64,000 nucleotides of DNA, taken from contig OX597821.1 in assembly GCA_951406725.2 (NCBI GenBank), forward strand, positions 99,820,001 through 99,884,000. Reading direction: 5' to 3'. Shown here one piece after another: positions 39,354 through 52,297 of this stretch. Positions within the stretch are counted from its first letter, which is position 1. Every line of letters begins with the position of its first letter. This DNA comes from Octopus vulgaris (lineage: Eukaryota). Made by a program: the position numbers and the translations under genes. The notes beneath the pieces are model-generated. The model was not told where the DNA came from. It ran no database searches and saw only the letters and a list, made by a program, of their open reading frames with translations.

Positions 39354-41001
39354 TGCAATTGTTATACCAAAGATTTACATCACATTATGAAAAATCCGAA
39401 AGGTACATTTGGTATTACTCATAATGATATAAAGCTTGAAACACGATTACCGCGACATCCTTTGTGTTCTGTTTTTGATTTCATTTGATACATATACCCT
39501 CTCACCTCTGCTACGAGCTGGCGTATACAGGTGCTTACACACACACACACATATTTATATCATTTTTGATGATGAGAAAACTGGGAAAATCAGTGTTTTC
39601 AAATAAAAATATCCTGTGAGGTATTTTGTTCCACACCGAATTGTACTTGCGATCCCTTGTCTCTTTCGCTGTCAGAAATCGAGAGGATTGGCCTATTGGA
39701 AACAAGGAACCGACGATGTTATTGTTTATAAGATATAATATAATCCACCGCCACCCCCCAGCACGCACACACACACACATACATGCATACTCACACACAC
39801 ACATACATGCATACTCACACACACACACACAAATAACTGTGAAGAAGCTCTAAAATTCTCCTGGTTTATGTTTCATAAAGACAAAGGTTTTGTTAAAAGA
39901 TACATCATCATCATCATCGTCGTTGTCATCGTCTTCGTCGTGGTTGTGGTCGCCAACCCTTGGTTATTACTATTTCGTGTCCCAGGACTCATAGGATCCG
40001 TTTAACCGGTTTCTATGGCATATAAGTGACCGAAATCACATTCCGCTAAACTGGACGCCAGTCCCTTATAGCGTTACTTATTTACAGATAAGTGGACCGC
40101 AGCAACATTCCACTCAGTCCAAGAACCGAGATCGCGATTCAGCAGTTGTGATTGCAACACCTTAATCACAAGACAGCTGCTCTTTTATTTGTTACCTCTC
40201 ATTTTTATTTTTCACTAGTGTAGTGTGTTAAACCTATCTTAATATTGATTAAAAAGGTTATAGACTTCACTCTTTATAATATTTGATCGTTCATTTTATC
40301 TTTGAAACTCGTTGGACATGTGTAATTTACGTTGAGATAAATTTCAATGAAAAAAAATGGTACTATGATATTGTGCATGCACATGTCTCGCCTACATCTG
40401 CAAGAATACGTAAGGCCACCTTATCCTGTACTTCTGTATTAACTATAGTGTCTAAAATATATAATACAAAGTTTTATCATTTACAGAGCACTAAATTTTG
40501 GATCTTATAACTAAAGTTTTTTTAAGAAACCAAAATGCACAATATTCTTTTCTACTCTAGGCACAAGGCCCGAAATGTTTGGGGAGGGAGCCAGTTGATT
40601 AGATCGACTGCAGTACGCAACTGGTACTTGATTTATCGACCCCGAAAGGATGAAAGGCAAAGTCGACTTCGGCGGAATTTGAACTCAGAACGCAAAGACA
40701 GACGAAATACCTATTTCTTTACTACCCGCAATGGGCTAAACTCAGAGAGGACAAACAAGGACAGACAAAGGGATTAAGTCGATCATATCGTCCCCAGTAC
40801 ATAACTGGTACTTATTTAATCGACCCCGAAAGGATGAAAGGCAAAGTCGTACGTACACATATACATGATTAGGCTTCTCAAAACCAGAAAGGAGAATGCT
40901 AATTCGAGGACTACAGATCCAATCTATCACTGGAACTGTAAAGATCTGTAAAACTTTCCAGTAATGATAATAATAATAATAATAATAACAACGATAGTAA
41001 T

Positions 41002-41466
41002 CTATATATATATATAAATGGGAATGTGTGTGTGTGTGTGTCTGTCTGTCTGTCTGTGTGAATCCCTAAAACTTGAGAACTACACAACCAATTTCATTCA
41101 AATTTTACACATGTCTTACTTAAGGTCCATGTAGTGTCATGGGCAAAAAAATGTTTAACATCTTGCCTAGGGCGAGCCCATAGCAATATCATATCTTCTC
41201 CACTATTTCAGTATTACGTGTTAAAAGTGAAACAAAAACATCTCTCTATTGTAATGTCGGATACTTTCACTTTAATTCTGAAACTATTAAAGTCAAACTA
41301 TTATATAAAAGGGATGAACCATAACGGTGGACATCCATTTTGCTAGAAGAAGATCCGCTACGGTCTTATTTGCTACACCACTGGTTTTCAATTCATATTA
41401 ATCAAATTAATATTCAATTTCTCACCCTTATTATTTTAAATTTAAATTTACATGTATGTATGTATG

Positions 41467-41528
<62 letters not shown>

Positions 41529-41651
41529 GATGTATAGATACAGATGTATATATATATGGATGTATATCTATATATATAAAACTGAGAATGTCTGTCTGCC
41601 TGTCTGTGTGAATGCCTAAAACTTGAGAACTACACAACCAATTTCATTCAA
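41002..41651 (+). mobile_element. Helitron/Helentron-like non-autonomous repeat with duplicated 5' end
   Basis: tctatatatataaa...(gtct)n...aacttgagaactacacaaccaatttcattcaa occurs at ~41002-41102 and again at ~41567-41651. Confidence 0.5.
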
Positions 41652-41993
41652 CGTGATTTGAACTCAGAATGAAAACAACCGGAAGAAATACTGCTAAGTA
41701 TTTTGTCACATGCTCTAACGATTCTGCCTTTTATTACTTCCGATTTAAGCACAACGCGAGCAATTTTGAAGTGAGCAGGTTTAGAGCTTTGCATCAACCC
41801 CGGTACTTGACTAGTACTATATTTTATCGACTCCGGAGGGATAAAAGGCTAAGTTGAAATTGGCAGGATTTCAATTCAAAATATAAAAAGCTGGGATAAA
41901 TATCGCTAGGTTTTTTCCAGCATTCTATCGATACTCCCAACCCCATGTCCTAATAATGATGATGATGATGATGATAAATAATAATAATAATAA

Positions 41994-42240
41994 TATCTGG
42001 ATCCTCGACACTACACAAATCCAAAAAATAGCTCTGCTAGGAACAACCCACATCCTACGCATGACACTATCAATTCAAAAATACAACCTAAACAAAATCC
42101 ACAAACACAAGACAGATCCTATACAGCAAATATTCAATGAAATAAAGTACCACTGGCAGACCAAGTAACCAACGCATTATACACACAACACACAATACAA
42201 ACACTAATACAACAAAAAAGACTGCACCACACCTTATAAA
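41994..42240 (+). mobile_element. R4/Dong-type extreme 3' fragment in (TAA)n
   Basis: IQKIALLGTTHILRMTL followed by a short UTR, bounded by (AAT)n. Confidence 0.75.
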
Positions 42241-42248
42241 TAATAATA

Positions 42249-42279
<31 letters not shown>

Positions 42280-42287
42280 TGATGATG

Positions 42288-42341
<54 letters not shown>

Positions 42342-42474
42342 GAAACTGACGCAGTACAACACCAGGAAGAATTTGCACGCACCCAACAACAAAAAAGAAC
42401 ACAAAATGCTGCAATATGGAGGTGTAACAGGTGATGCAGAAGAAATTTGCCTGAAACTACCAAATGTTGAACAC

Positions 42475-42510
<36 letters not shown>

Positions 42511-42727
42511 TCTTTTTGCTATTGACACAAGGGCTGACGTTTTGAGAGGGGGGGACTAGTCATTACATCGACCCTCCCCCTCAGTACTTAACTGGTACTT
42601 ATATCATCGATCCCGAAAGGATGAAAGACAAAATCGACCTCGGCGGCATTTGAACGTGGAGACGAACGAAATGTTGCGAAGCATTTTGTTCGAGCCGGAC
42701 TGCTAACAATACTGCCAGCTCACCGTC

Positions 42728-42790
<63 letters not shown>

Positions 42791-42793
<3 letters not shown>

Positions 42794-43250
42794 GGCTACT
42801 GCAAATATTCTGCTCAATACCACAGATTTGCTTGTCAGTTGTTTGACCATAACCAGTTGAGCATGTCCCTTAGTGGCTGACGATATGTGCATCTCTGATC
42901 ACGAGCAGAAGTAGTGGGGGAGCATCATAGCCATGTGTTGAGAGGGATTCTTTGGGGTTTGGATAATTCACCTCTGGAAACATGGGTGGTTTTTTCAACA
43001 TCCTTAAACAACCCTTATTCAGGGACCATTTGAGCGGGATGGGCTACTCGACCTGAAGGAAATTCTAAGTGGGCCCCACCTGCAAGGTCATGTGCTGTTT
43101 ATATTGATATGAGATCACCATGTCGCGCACATATAGTTGTGATGCCTGTGCCTGGTGTACATTTATCAGACGGGTAGTCATGATGGGTATATTGGGCTTC
43201 GTATATTTTACCCCAGTGTCACTTCGATGGCATGCACTGCTCTCTCACTC
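42791..43250 (+). mobile_element. Non-coding (TAA)n-embedded repeat, copy 2 (more 5'-truncated)
   Basis: Shares the 3' end ...ctctct(c/t)actc-(AAT)n with copy 1 and lacks about 100 nt of its 5' sequence. Confidence 0.85.
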
Positions 43251-43287
<37 letters not shown>

Positions 43288-43706
43288 GTAATAATAATAA
43301 TGATAATAATCCTTTCTACTAAAGGCACAAGGCCCGAAATTTTGCGGAGAGGGGAGTAGTCGATCACATCAACCCCACTATTTTACTGGAACTTAATTTA
43401 TCGACCTCGAAAGGCTGAAAGGCAAAGTCGATCTCGGCGGAATTTGAACTCAGAACGTAGCGACGGGCGATATACCGCTAAGCATTTCGTCTAGCGTCCT
43501 AACGATTCTGCCAGCTCGCCCCTTATTTTGGAGAGGAGATAATCGATTAGATCGACCCCAGTGTTTCACTGGTACTTAATTTATCGACCCCGAAAGGATG
43601 AAAGGAAAAGTCGACCACAGTGGAATTTGAACTCAGAGCATGAAGACAGACGATATGCTGCTCAGCATTTTGCCCGGAATGCTAACGATTCTGTCAGCTC
43701 GCCACC

Positions 43707-43755
<49 letters not shown>

Positions 43756-44037
43756 AAATAAAAATAATAGCAATTATAGTTATTTCATTTGTGTTTCAAT
43801 ACAAGGATAGTTTGTAAATGATAGAATAGAGGTGATAGGATATAACCACTATATGATCGGTATTTGGTTTGTTAGCTCCATCAGAATATAAACCAAGGAT
43901 ATATCGTAACGGAATTTCACTTTCTGAAGACTGGATTAGAAAAAGTTTAGCTTGATTACTCACCATGCATGTGAAATCACCCATTATACTAAAAATATAA
44001 TAGCGATGTATATGTGTGTGTGTGCCTACATATATAC

Positions 44038-44131
<94 letters not shown>

Positions 44132-45415
44132 GGGAGAAAGAAAAAGAGGGAGAGAGAGAAAGATCTTTTAAGTTTGAACACAAAGTATAATGCGAGTCAA
44201 ACATTCGCTGCGGGTCAATGCTTTAAGGACCGAAATGGAAACATTTATTTCCGCTTTTGATGTTTTATTGAACACAACCTTCTTTTGTCTGCCATTTTGG
44301 ATTTGCTAAAATAGCCGCCTTAACAAAACAGTTCAGGCGTAGTTAAAGGACAACTGGGATGGAAATAACTCCTTACTGATACTATGAAGGAGGAAGGGAG
44401 TAAATAGCAAAGCGTCTTTCCCTTTTCCTGATAGAGAACTAAATACACCTGAACTAAGCTGACAATTTTTTTTAACATTTAAAATAGCAGACAAGGCAGG
44501 TTAAGTAAAAATGGCGTCCATTATTTTTCTTTTTATAAATGAATGCTCAACAAATACATGAGATTGATCATGGATATTTTAAAATTCTGTTGTTATTTTT
44601 TTTAAAAAAAGGTACTGTCCATAAAAAGAGGACATAACCGGGTAAAACTAGACATATCAAATTTGAAAGCATACCGAAGCATACGTTAGCATATATACAC
44701 TAAAGGAACAGAAAGAAAAAAAGTTTAACTGATATTATGTAATACATCAGTTATTGTTGATTTCTCACTTCGCAGTTTAAAAATAGATTTTAATTTCTTG
44801 TTCATGGAAATTTGATTAATACTGAAATTATTTGTTTATAATACCAAAATATTATGTTACTTGTTACGTGTATGTATGTTTGTATTAGTTTGTGCTTTAT
44901 GAGGCAGCGTATATTATATTCTATATTTGCAACGGATTGTGTTTATTCTAATTATTAATCTTCGAAATAAAATCTCTCTATTATTTCATTTACATTTTCA
45001 TTTGCTGAATTTTCAGCAGACTGGTTTTATTTTGTGTATAACCATTGTTATTCAGTTTTATTTCTGTGTAGTTGAGACGCATGTTTCTTTTTTTTTTCTT
45101 TTTAATATTAAATCTCAAAAACTTGTAGACTTATTCAAAATCTACTGGGCGGAAATATCGCCTCATGAAATCGAGAGGATACTTTTCGACAAGGAATATT
45201 TAAACAAAAAAATGATATATTTTAAGTTTTGTCCACAAGCCATATTTCTCGATTTCACTGAAAATTTTCATTCGTAATCTTTGTAAAGTTAAGAGTACAC
45301 CATCTAACCAATAGAGGAGGAGGAGAAGAGTAAAGAATGAATGAATTAATTAGTAAATAAATCAATTAATAAATAATATAAAAATAATCAGGTGAAATAA
45401 AACGTTTGTTACAAC

Positions 45416-45679
45416 TCACACCCAATAAACTATCCAATAGACCATATTGAAAATTAGAAATGTTATGGGAAAGGCAACTCTAAATACTCTGTCCACCTGG
45501 CTCACACTGTTCATTGGTTGGTTACCTCTTGGGTGACTTCTGCCACTGTAGTTTCGAGTTCCGGTGACACAGTCCCACATTTTGTAGAAACACCGCAAAG
45601 GTCTTCGGTGGGAATTCGCATAAGCAGCATTATCAGTTACCCAAAGATCACCGTTACTTCGACCACGGCCAGTTATTTC
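45416..45679 (-). CDS. Cys-loop GABA receptor subunit (CG8916/GRD-like), terminal coding exon: end of M3-M4 loop, M4 and stop
   Basis: A poly-T tract plus CAG acceptor (AG at 45681-45680) opens a phase-0 frame EITGRGRSNG...MNSVSQVDRVFRVAFPITFLIFNMVYWIVYWV*. The NSVSxIDR...FP...FN..YW motif is typical of M4 in GABA-A alpha/GRD/CG8916 subunits. The phase matches the preceding exon. Confidence 0.93.
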   Translation of the reverse strand, partial: EITGRGRSNGDLWVTDNAAYANSHRRPLRCFYKMWDCVTGTRNYSGRSHPRGNQPMNSVSQVDRVFRVAFPITFLIFNMVYWIVYWV

Positions 45680-46261
45680 CTGAAAAAAAAAATAATAATT
45701 AAAAAAATCGTAAAAATAATTAGAGAAAAAAAAGCAAAATTATATTGAAATCTAGAACGAATGTCATTTCATTCGATATTCATAACATTGGTGTTTTCAA
45801 TGTAAAAACTGGAATAAATCACGTTTTGTTGTAAAAAAAAGAAGAGAAAAAACAAGAAAAAAGAAAAGAAACTTCATAGTTAAAGTTTTACTTTCAATTC
45901 TACGAAAAGTTATATTTTAAAGAAAAGGTTAATCGTACTATTACATTTTCTTAAAAATATATCTTGAAGTGGAAGATTTTTTGTGTCGAGAGGAAAGGAC
46001 ACTAAGAGCAGTGCTTGTGTTAAATGGGGGCTAACATACATGTGTCTCCACTATATGATATAGTAAGCACTCTATCTTATTGTTAATTAATAAATTGCTT
46101 TATCTCATTATTATACTATTATATTGTAGCTTACTGCGTTGCTAAACAACAACTTTGTCTCTGTCTCTAGAATTTAATCTACGTCTCAAATATATCACAA
46201 CTCAATATTCTCTCGTTCCATTTGGAGTTTAGACATTATTCTGTGCCACGAATTATTAATT

Positions 46262-46545
46262 TCATTGAGAGGTCACAGTTCCGGTACTACAGACATCTTG
46301 TGTGAATGTCGGAGAAAAGAATCCCAAGACAGATTCTGCAAGACGAGCCAGCTGACAGAGACACCTAGCGGTAGACCAAAGCCGAGATGATTGGATGATA
46401 TCCATAGTCTCAGCTGGTCACGCTTGGGAATTCAGAAGGGAAGTATAATAATAGTTGCTTCTGATAGGATCCGATGGAGGAGGTTCCTGAGAATTCTATC
46501 CTCCACGACCCTTCCTGGAACAATGGACGGCGAAAATGGATGAAT
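46262..46545 (+). mobile_element. RTE-like LINE 3' fragment in the last receptor intron
   Basis: Decayed IERSQFRYYRHLV...RIPRQIL...GRPKPR.LDDI...ASDRIRWRR. Confidence 0.7.
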
Positions 46546-46827
46546 GTTCCGGTTCAGTTTTTTATTGTCCTTAGTAACAGCATGTAGATGGTGGTAAGTA
46601 GATCAAAGAAAAATATATTTTATGCTTCATTTGATGCACGGAATGTGAAACCATTTATTGAACGCTCTAACAATTCATTGGCGATTTCCAAAATTATTCC
46701 GCCTTTAGATTTGAAATGAAGTTTACTGAAATGCGAATTACGAAGGTAAAGGTGGAGTGTTATCAACTTCTGAAATAGTGGACTCTATATTCGTTTATTT
46801 AAGAGATCATTCGTGTGTACACGAAAG

Positions 46828-46852
46828 TATACATACATAATTACATACATAA

Positions 46853-46883
<31 letters not shown>

Positions 46884-47298
46884 ATTACATACATACATAC
46901 ATACATACATACACACACATACATACATACATACATACACATACATACACATACATAGATACATACATACATAATACATACATACATACATACACGCATA
47001 CATACATACATACATACATACATACATACATACATACATACACGCATGCATACATACATACATACATACATACATACATACATACACACACATACATACA
47101 CACATACATACATACATACATACACATACATAGATACATACATACATAATACATACATACATACATACATACATGCATACATACATACATACATACATAC
47201 ATACATACATACATACATACATACATACATGCATACATACATACATACATACATACATACATACATACATACATACATACATACATACATACATACAC
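46828..47298. repeat. (CATA)n microsatellite in the last receptor intron
   Basis: Directly visible. Confidence 0.95.
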
Positions 47299-47505
47299 GG
47301 GTGTGTATGCGCGCGCATGATTACGTCGATACGGCGACTTCTGCCTGGCCATTTGACTTACTAAAACAGCAAAATTTTCCTGAAATGAAACACACTCTCT
47401 CGTTTAACAAATTAAGAGCATATTGAAGTATGTAGTTCATTAGTCTACAACCTTCTAAAGAAAAAAATGAAATAAAAGCAACACGTAACGAATGCCAATA
47501 CTTAC

Positions 47506-47735
47506 CCCGATCTCTCCACTATCATCACTGTCGTCAGAAGTTTGAAAAACCATATTCATATCGCCAGTGCCATATTTCGTGAAATAATGTACGACTGCAA
47601 ACTGAATTATGGTGGAAATGACGAAACCAAAGCAGACAGCCACATAATAATCAAGAGCTGTGACGTAGGATACTTTTGGTAGGTCTGTGCGGATATCCAG
47701 ACCAAGAAATGTCATCGTTAAAACTGTGGTTGTAC
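47506..47735 (-). CDS. Cys-loop GABA receptor subunit (CG8916/GRD-like), penultimate exon: M2, M2-M3 loop, M3
   Basis: Acceptor ttcAG at 47737-47736 and donor GTAAGT at 47505; 230 nt, phase 1 to phase 0. Encodes (G)[58 protein letters not shown]..., which resembles the [20 protein letters not shown]...QFAVVHY.TKYG signature of insect CG8916-type subunits. Confidence 0.95.
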
Positions 47736-48139
47736 CTGAAAATATGTAAGAATACGTGTTAAGGTGTAAGAATACGTGTTAATGTGTAAGAACCTGCGAA
47801 AAATGAGTATAATAGGTAAGTACAGTTAATGTTCTGACCGGATTGAGGCTCGGGTATGAACTCTCCGGATATTTACCTTATTTAAAAGAACTACAACGAT
47901 CTCCCGCATCCTTGATTTTTCTGTTTATTTACTTAATGATATATGTATATATATATATACTTGAGTAGTTGAATGAATTATCTTATTAAGGATAATTCGA
48001 AAGATAACCGATACCTGGGTAGCAAATTCACATCAGAAAGAACACGGTTGAAGCTACGTCCCTAGGGTATAGACTACGTGTCTTCGTGCGGAAATTTGTA
48101 TGTTTATTTGTGCATTTTGATGTCGACATAAGTTCCTTG

Positions 48140-48224
48140 ATTTTCCTGAAGAGAAATCTGCATAATGTACTCCTTATTCCTTCGGAATTAGGAATATGCA
48201 GCCTTCGAAACATATGTCGAGAAT
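48140..48224 (+). ncRNA. Type I hammerhead, intact core (antisense in receptor intron)
   Basis: attttc CTGAAGA gaa-at-ctgcata-[loop]-tatgcag-cc-ttc GAAA catatg TC gagaat. Stem III palindrome ACATATGT; predicted cleavage after 48218. Confidence 0.85.
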
Positions 48225-48270
48225 AAAGGATATTTGTTAACTAGTCGTTCAACTCCATTCTTTCATATAC

Positions 48271-48780
48271 TTATATATATATATATATATATATGTTAAT
48301 AAAATATATGCATATATATAAACATATATGTACGTACCTACCTCTACATGTACATATACACGCATATATGTGTACAGGACACCAAAAAGACGTCGAACAC
48401 ATAGAGAGACGAAAAACATAGACACAAACCAAGGAACAAGACAGGCAAAAAAAGAGAGAGATACAGGACAATAAGCACAACGAAAAATCCCCTTCTTCAG
48501 TCGCTAAAGTTTCATCTACTAAACGTTTCGAAGGATAAAAGCGAGACGTATACTTCGAATGAAAAATTCCTTCCTGCGAAAAGCAAATCAATTAAAATTC
48601 TGAGATCTTTTCGCAGAGGGGTAAAAAAAGCAAGACGGTAACGACAGTACAAACATATAAACAGTAAAAAATATATATATAAACAGTGGAAAAATAAATA
48701 TATAACAGTGAGAGACAGGACAAGGAGAACAAAATAAGAAGGGCTGTTAACGCCAGACGAAAAAAGTATTGCAAACGCTG
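48271..48780 (-). repeat. Dispersed (TA)n-associated repeat, possibly a Penelope-like terminus
   Basis: Homologous to 36190-36605 (+) and more distantly to 61700-62200 (+). Confidence 0.7.
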
Positions 48781-49014
48781 GATTATAGTGGACGACGAGA
48801 GAGGAAGATGTCGACCAGTGGCCTTAGAAGGCGGGCGAGAAAGGACAGGATAGCAGTTACGACGGAAGTATCGTCGCAGATGGACGACGGGAATGGGGGA
48901 GTATATATATATACATGTGTGCTGGAACGAAAACAATTGCAGCGTGGAAGGTGTTCATAAGCCATTTAAGATACATACAAAATCCGTTAGATTCATTTCA
49001 ACATTTAAATTTAA

Positions 49015-49063
49015 TTTGCCAAAATATTTTCGTTGCTTTTAGACCGCGACCTGTTCACTGACA
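49015..49063 (-). ncRNA. Hammerhead variant with G3-C8 core, left arm of an inverted pair
   Basis: tgtca GTGAACA g gtcgc-ggtctaaaa-gcaac GAAA atat TT tggcaaa. Confidence 0.65.
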
Positions 49064-49068
49064 GGAAT

Positions 49069-49119
49069 TTTGTCAGTGAACAGATCGCAGTCTCAAAGCG
49101 ACGAAAATATTTTGGCAAA
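49069..49119 (+). ncRNA. Hammerhead variant with G3-C8 core, right arm of an inverted pair
   Basis: tttgtca GTGAACA g atcgc-agtctcaaa-gcgac GAAA atat TT tggcaaa. 7-bp stem I and palindromic stem III AATATT. Confidence 0.7.
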
Positions 49120-50993
49120 TTAAATTTAAATGTTGAAGTGAATCTAACGGTTTTTGAGTGTTTTTAAATGGTTTATAAAGACCTGCAATTGTTTATATAT
49201 ATACATAATTCTGTAAAACTACTTTATAAATGCTTTGAAGCCATTAACAACTGTCTGACCATCTATTATTTTATTGTATATCTTCCAGTGTGTATGAGAT
49301 GTAAGATGGACGAAAAACGGTAATACCGCACTTAAAAAGTTTTTACGAAATAAACTTAAACGTCGTTTGGTTCGACTTCGCCTTTTATATAGCCCTGTGG
49401 TGATAAAGTATTTATGTGGTGAAACGGTTTGCTTCATAACTATGTTTGTTTGCAGGTTGATTCACCTCTCGGTTTGTGTTTTATATCATAACATCAGGTC
49501 GTTCAAAGCATTGTGAATGAGATATGGTAGCGGTGTGGAAGCTCATCAGAAGAATCGATTCTGATTTTTTCTTTTTGCTTTGTTAATATGTGATTTTTGG
49601 TGCTGAGCTACAAAAAGCAAACAATCTTCCTTTCCATCTGTCATTGATATTTTTGGAAGTAAGTTTAGTTTTGTATTTAGTCTTTATATCAAGTTTCTGG
49701 TTTAGCGCATGACGAACAATTTATATAATTTCTTCTGATTTGACACAGGGCACAAGAGGAGAGGGCTAATCGCTTGCATCAATCCCTACTTTTTTGCTGG
49801 TATTTTGTTTTATTAACCTCGAAAAGATGAAAGACAAAGTTGATCCCTGCAGAATTCAACTTACTTTTTTTTACATGATGCAACTTTTAACTAGAGCCAG
49901 GTGATGACTTCAGTGTTTGTATTTCTATGATGAGAGAGCGAGCGAGAGAGAGAGAGAGAGTGGGAGAGAGAGAAGAAAAAATAGAACAAAAACAATTTCA
50001 TGTTCAATTTGATTAACATCTTTCAAATAATTGTATTTAATAAATAAAATAATTGACAAACTCAGAAAAATACAGAACAGTTTAAAAATTCAAATGAAAG
50101 GTTCTTTTAATGTCATTCTTCTTTTGGGAACGCTTTCATCTTTTCTATTCAGGGATCATGCACATCTCTCTCAATATGCTAGCAGCCCAGCAGCATTTGA
50201 CTTTTCTGACTGTAATTCTTGTCAATGGAGAGGTGGTGGTGGTGGTGGTGGTGGGGGGGGGGAGGGTGTTGTGTAATCGAATGTTTCCGCAATGATCACC
50301 ACCAACCGTATTATCCCATAAACAAAAGCAAACATAAATATTTGTCTGTCGACTTTGTAAAACTAAGCATAGAGGCAAACATCAGGAAATGTTCCAATTC
50401 TGTACAACTTTTATCTTTTTGTTTTGTTTTAGTCGTTGAACTGTAGCCATGCTGGAGCATCGCCTTGAAGGGTTTTAGACGAAGAAACAAATTAAGTCTG
50501 GTACTTATTCTATCGGTTTCTTTTTTTGAATAGCTAGATTACGGGGATGTAAACAAACAAACATCGGTTGTCAAGTGGTGTGGTGGGGACACACATACAT
50601 ATATTCTTTTATTGTTTTACTTGTTTCGGCCATTTGACCGCGGCCCTGCTGGAGTACCGCCTTCAGTCGAATAAATCGACTCAAGGACTTATTCTTTGCA
50701 AGTCTAGTACTTATTCTATCGGTCTCTTTTGCCGAACCATTAAGTTTCGGAAACGTAAACACACCAGCATCGGTTGTCAAGCGATGGCGGGGAGGAGGAC
50801 AAACACACATCCACATCCACCCACCCTCGACACGACGGGATTCTTTCAGTTTCCGTCCACCAAATCCACCCACAAGGCTTTGGCCGGCCCGAGGCTATAG
50901 TAGAAAGCACTTGCCCAAGGTGTTACGCTGTGTGACTGAACCCGGAACCATGTAGTTGGGAAGCGAGCTTCTTAGCGCACAGCCACGCCTGCG

Positions 50994-51060
<67 letters not shown>

Positions 51061-51205
51061 AATTAAGATTCATTTGAATTACGTACAGCTCGAAGTTAGG
51101 TGAATAAAAAGCAAATAAGTAACAAGGATGTCCAGGTATCAATGCATATATATATATAATACGTTTAAATATCTCACTTGCCCTTTATACTTCAGGTCTT
51201 TGCTG

Positions 51206-51289
51206 TCATCTGATGAAATGTTTTTCTTTGTAATGATGTAATGCTTTCATTGATCAATTAAAAGGAGTCGCTCGAAACGGCCGTAATGA
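51206..51289 (+). ncRNA. Type I hammerhead with decayed stem II
   Basis: tcat CTGATGA [57 nt] GAAA cggccg TA atga. Stem III palindrome ACGGCCGT. A diverged inverted copy of the tail lies at ~51112-51147. Confidence 0.65.
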
Positions 51290-51316
51290 ATTGACACTTA
51301 TACATCTTTGTTACAC

Positions 51317-51356
<40 letters not shown>

Positions 51357-51923
51357 AGAGAGAGAGGGGGAGAGAGAAAGAAAGAGAGGAGAGAGAGAAC
51401 ATATGTGAGATATATGTGTGTGTGTGTGTGTCTGTATCTGTGTGTGTCTGCGCCTACATGTGAGTGCGTGTATCTGTATGTGTATCTATGTGCGTGTAAC
51501 AATATCTGTGTCTGTGTCTGTGTCTGTGCCTACATATGAGTGCGTGTATCTGTATGCGTATGTGTGGGCATGTGGCAGTGTGCGTGTCTACATGTGGGTG
51601 CGTAAGTGCGCGTGTATCTGTATGCGTATGTATGTGCTTGTGATAGCGCGCGCGTGTGTGTGTGTGCGTGTGACAATGTGCGAGTGTACATGCGTGTGTA
51701 TGTGTGTATGTCTGTGTGCATGCGGATTTTTGTGTCTGCGTTCACGCATGTTAAAGGGAAATGTTCCAGGAGGAACCAATGGCATAAATTTGAACAACTA
51801 AATTTAAGTGCTATGTACCACATAGCGCACACAATAAATTCTTGATTTTTAAATATCTTCATGTGAACCAAAAACACAAAACCCTGGCAGCTACTGTTAT
51901 CAACTCTGTCTGTTCCTTTTCCT

Positions 51924-52007
<84 letters not shown>

Positions 52008-52096
52008 ATCCAAACATGAAAAGACAAAGAGAAAACACAACAACACGAGGACTTGGAACAAGTATAGTGTTATTTGACGCTCAGGAAAGAAGGAGA

Positions 52097-52131
52097 GTTT
52101 AACGTTTCGAGCGGACCTCTTCGTCAGAAAC
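52097..52131 (-). ncRNA. Minimal type I hammerhead (sense in receptor intron)
   Basis: gttt CTGACGA a gag-gtccg-ctc GAAA cg TT aaac. Confidence 0.7.
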
Positions 52132-52219
52132 AGGAAAAGGAAAGATCTAAAGAAGGAAAGACGGAGGAAGAAAACCGCCAACGGTACACACGCGGTCACA
52201 TTTTTCATACACACACACA

Positions 52220-52261
<42 letters not shown>

Positions 52262-52266
52262 TATCT

Positions 52267-52297
<31 letters not shown>

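Noticed and set aside
44285-44525. YY1-like gccatttt/aaaatggcg motifs downstream of the receptor stop
   Set aside because: Short motifs with no independent support; the polyadenylation site also cannot be placed.
47455-47505. ORF extension [16 protein letters not shown]
   Set aside because: Intronic read-through past a consensus GTAAGT donor.
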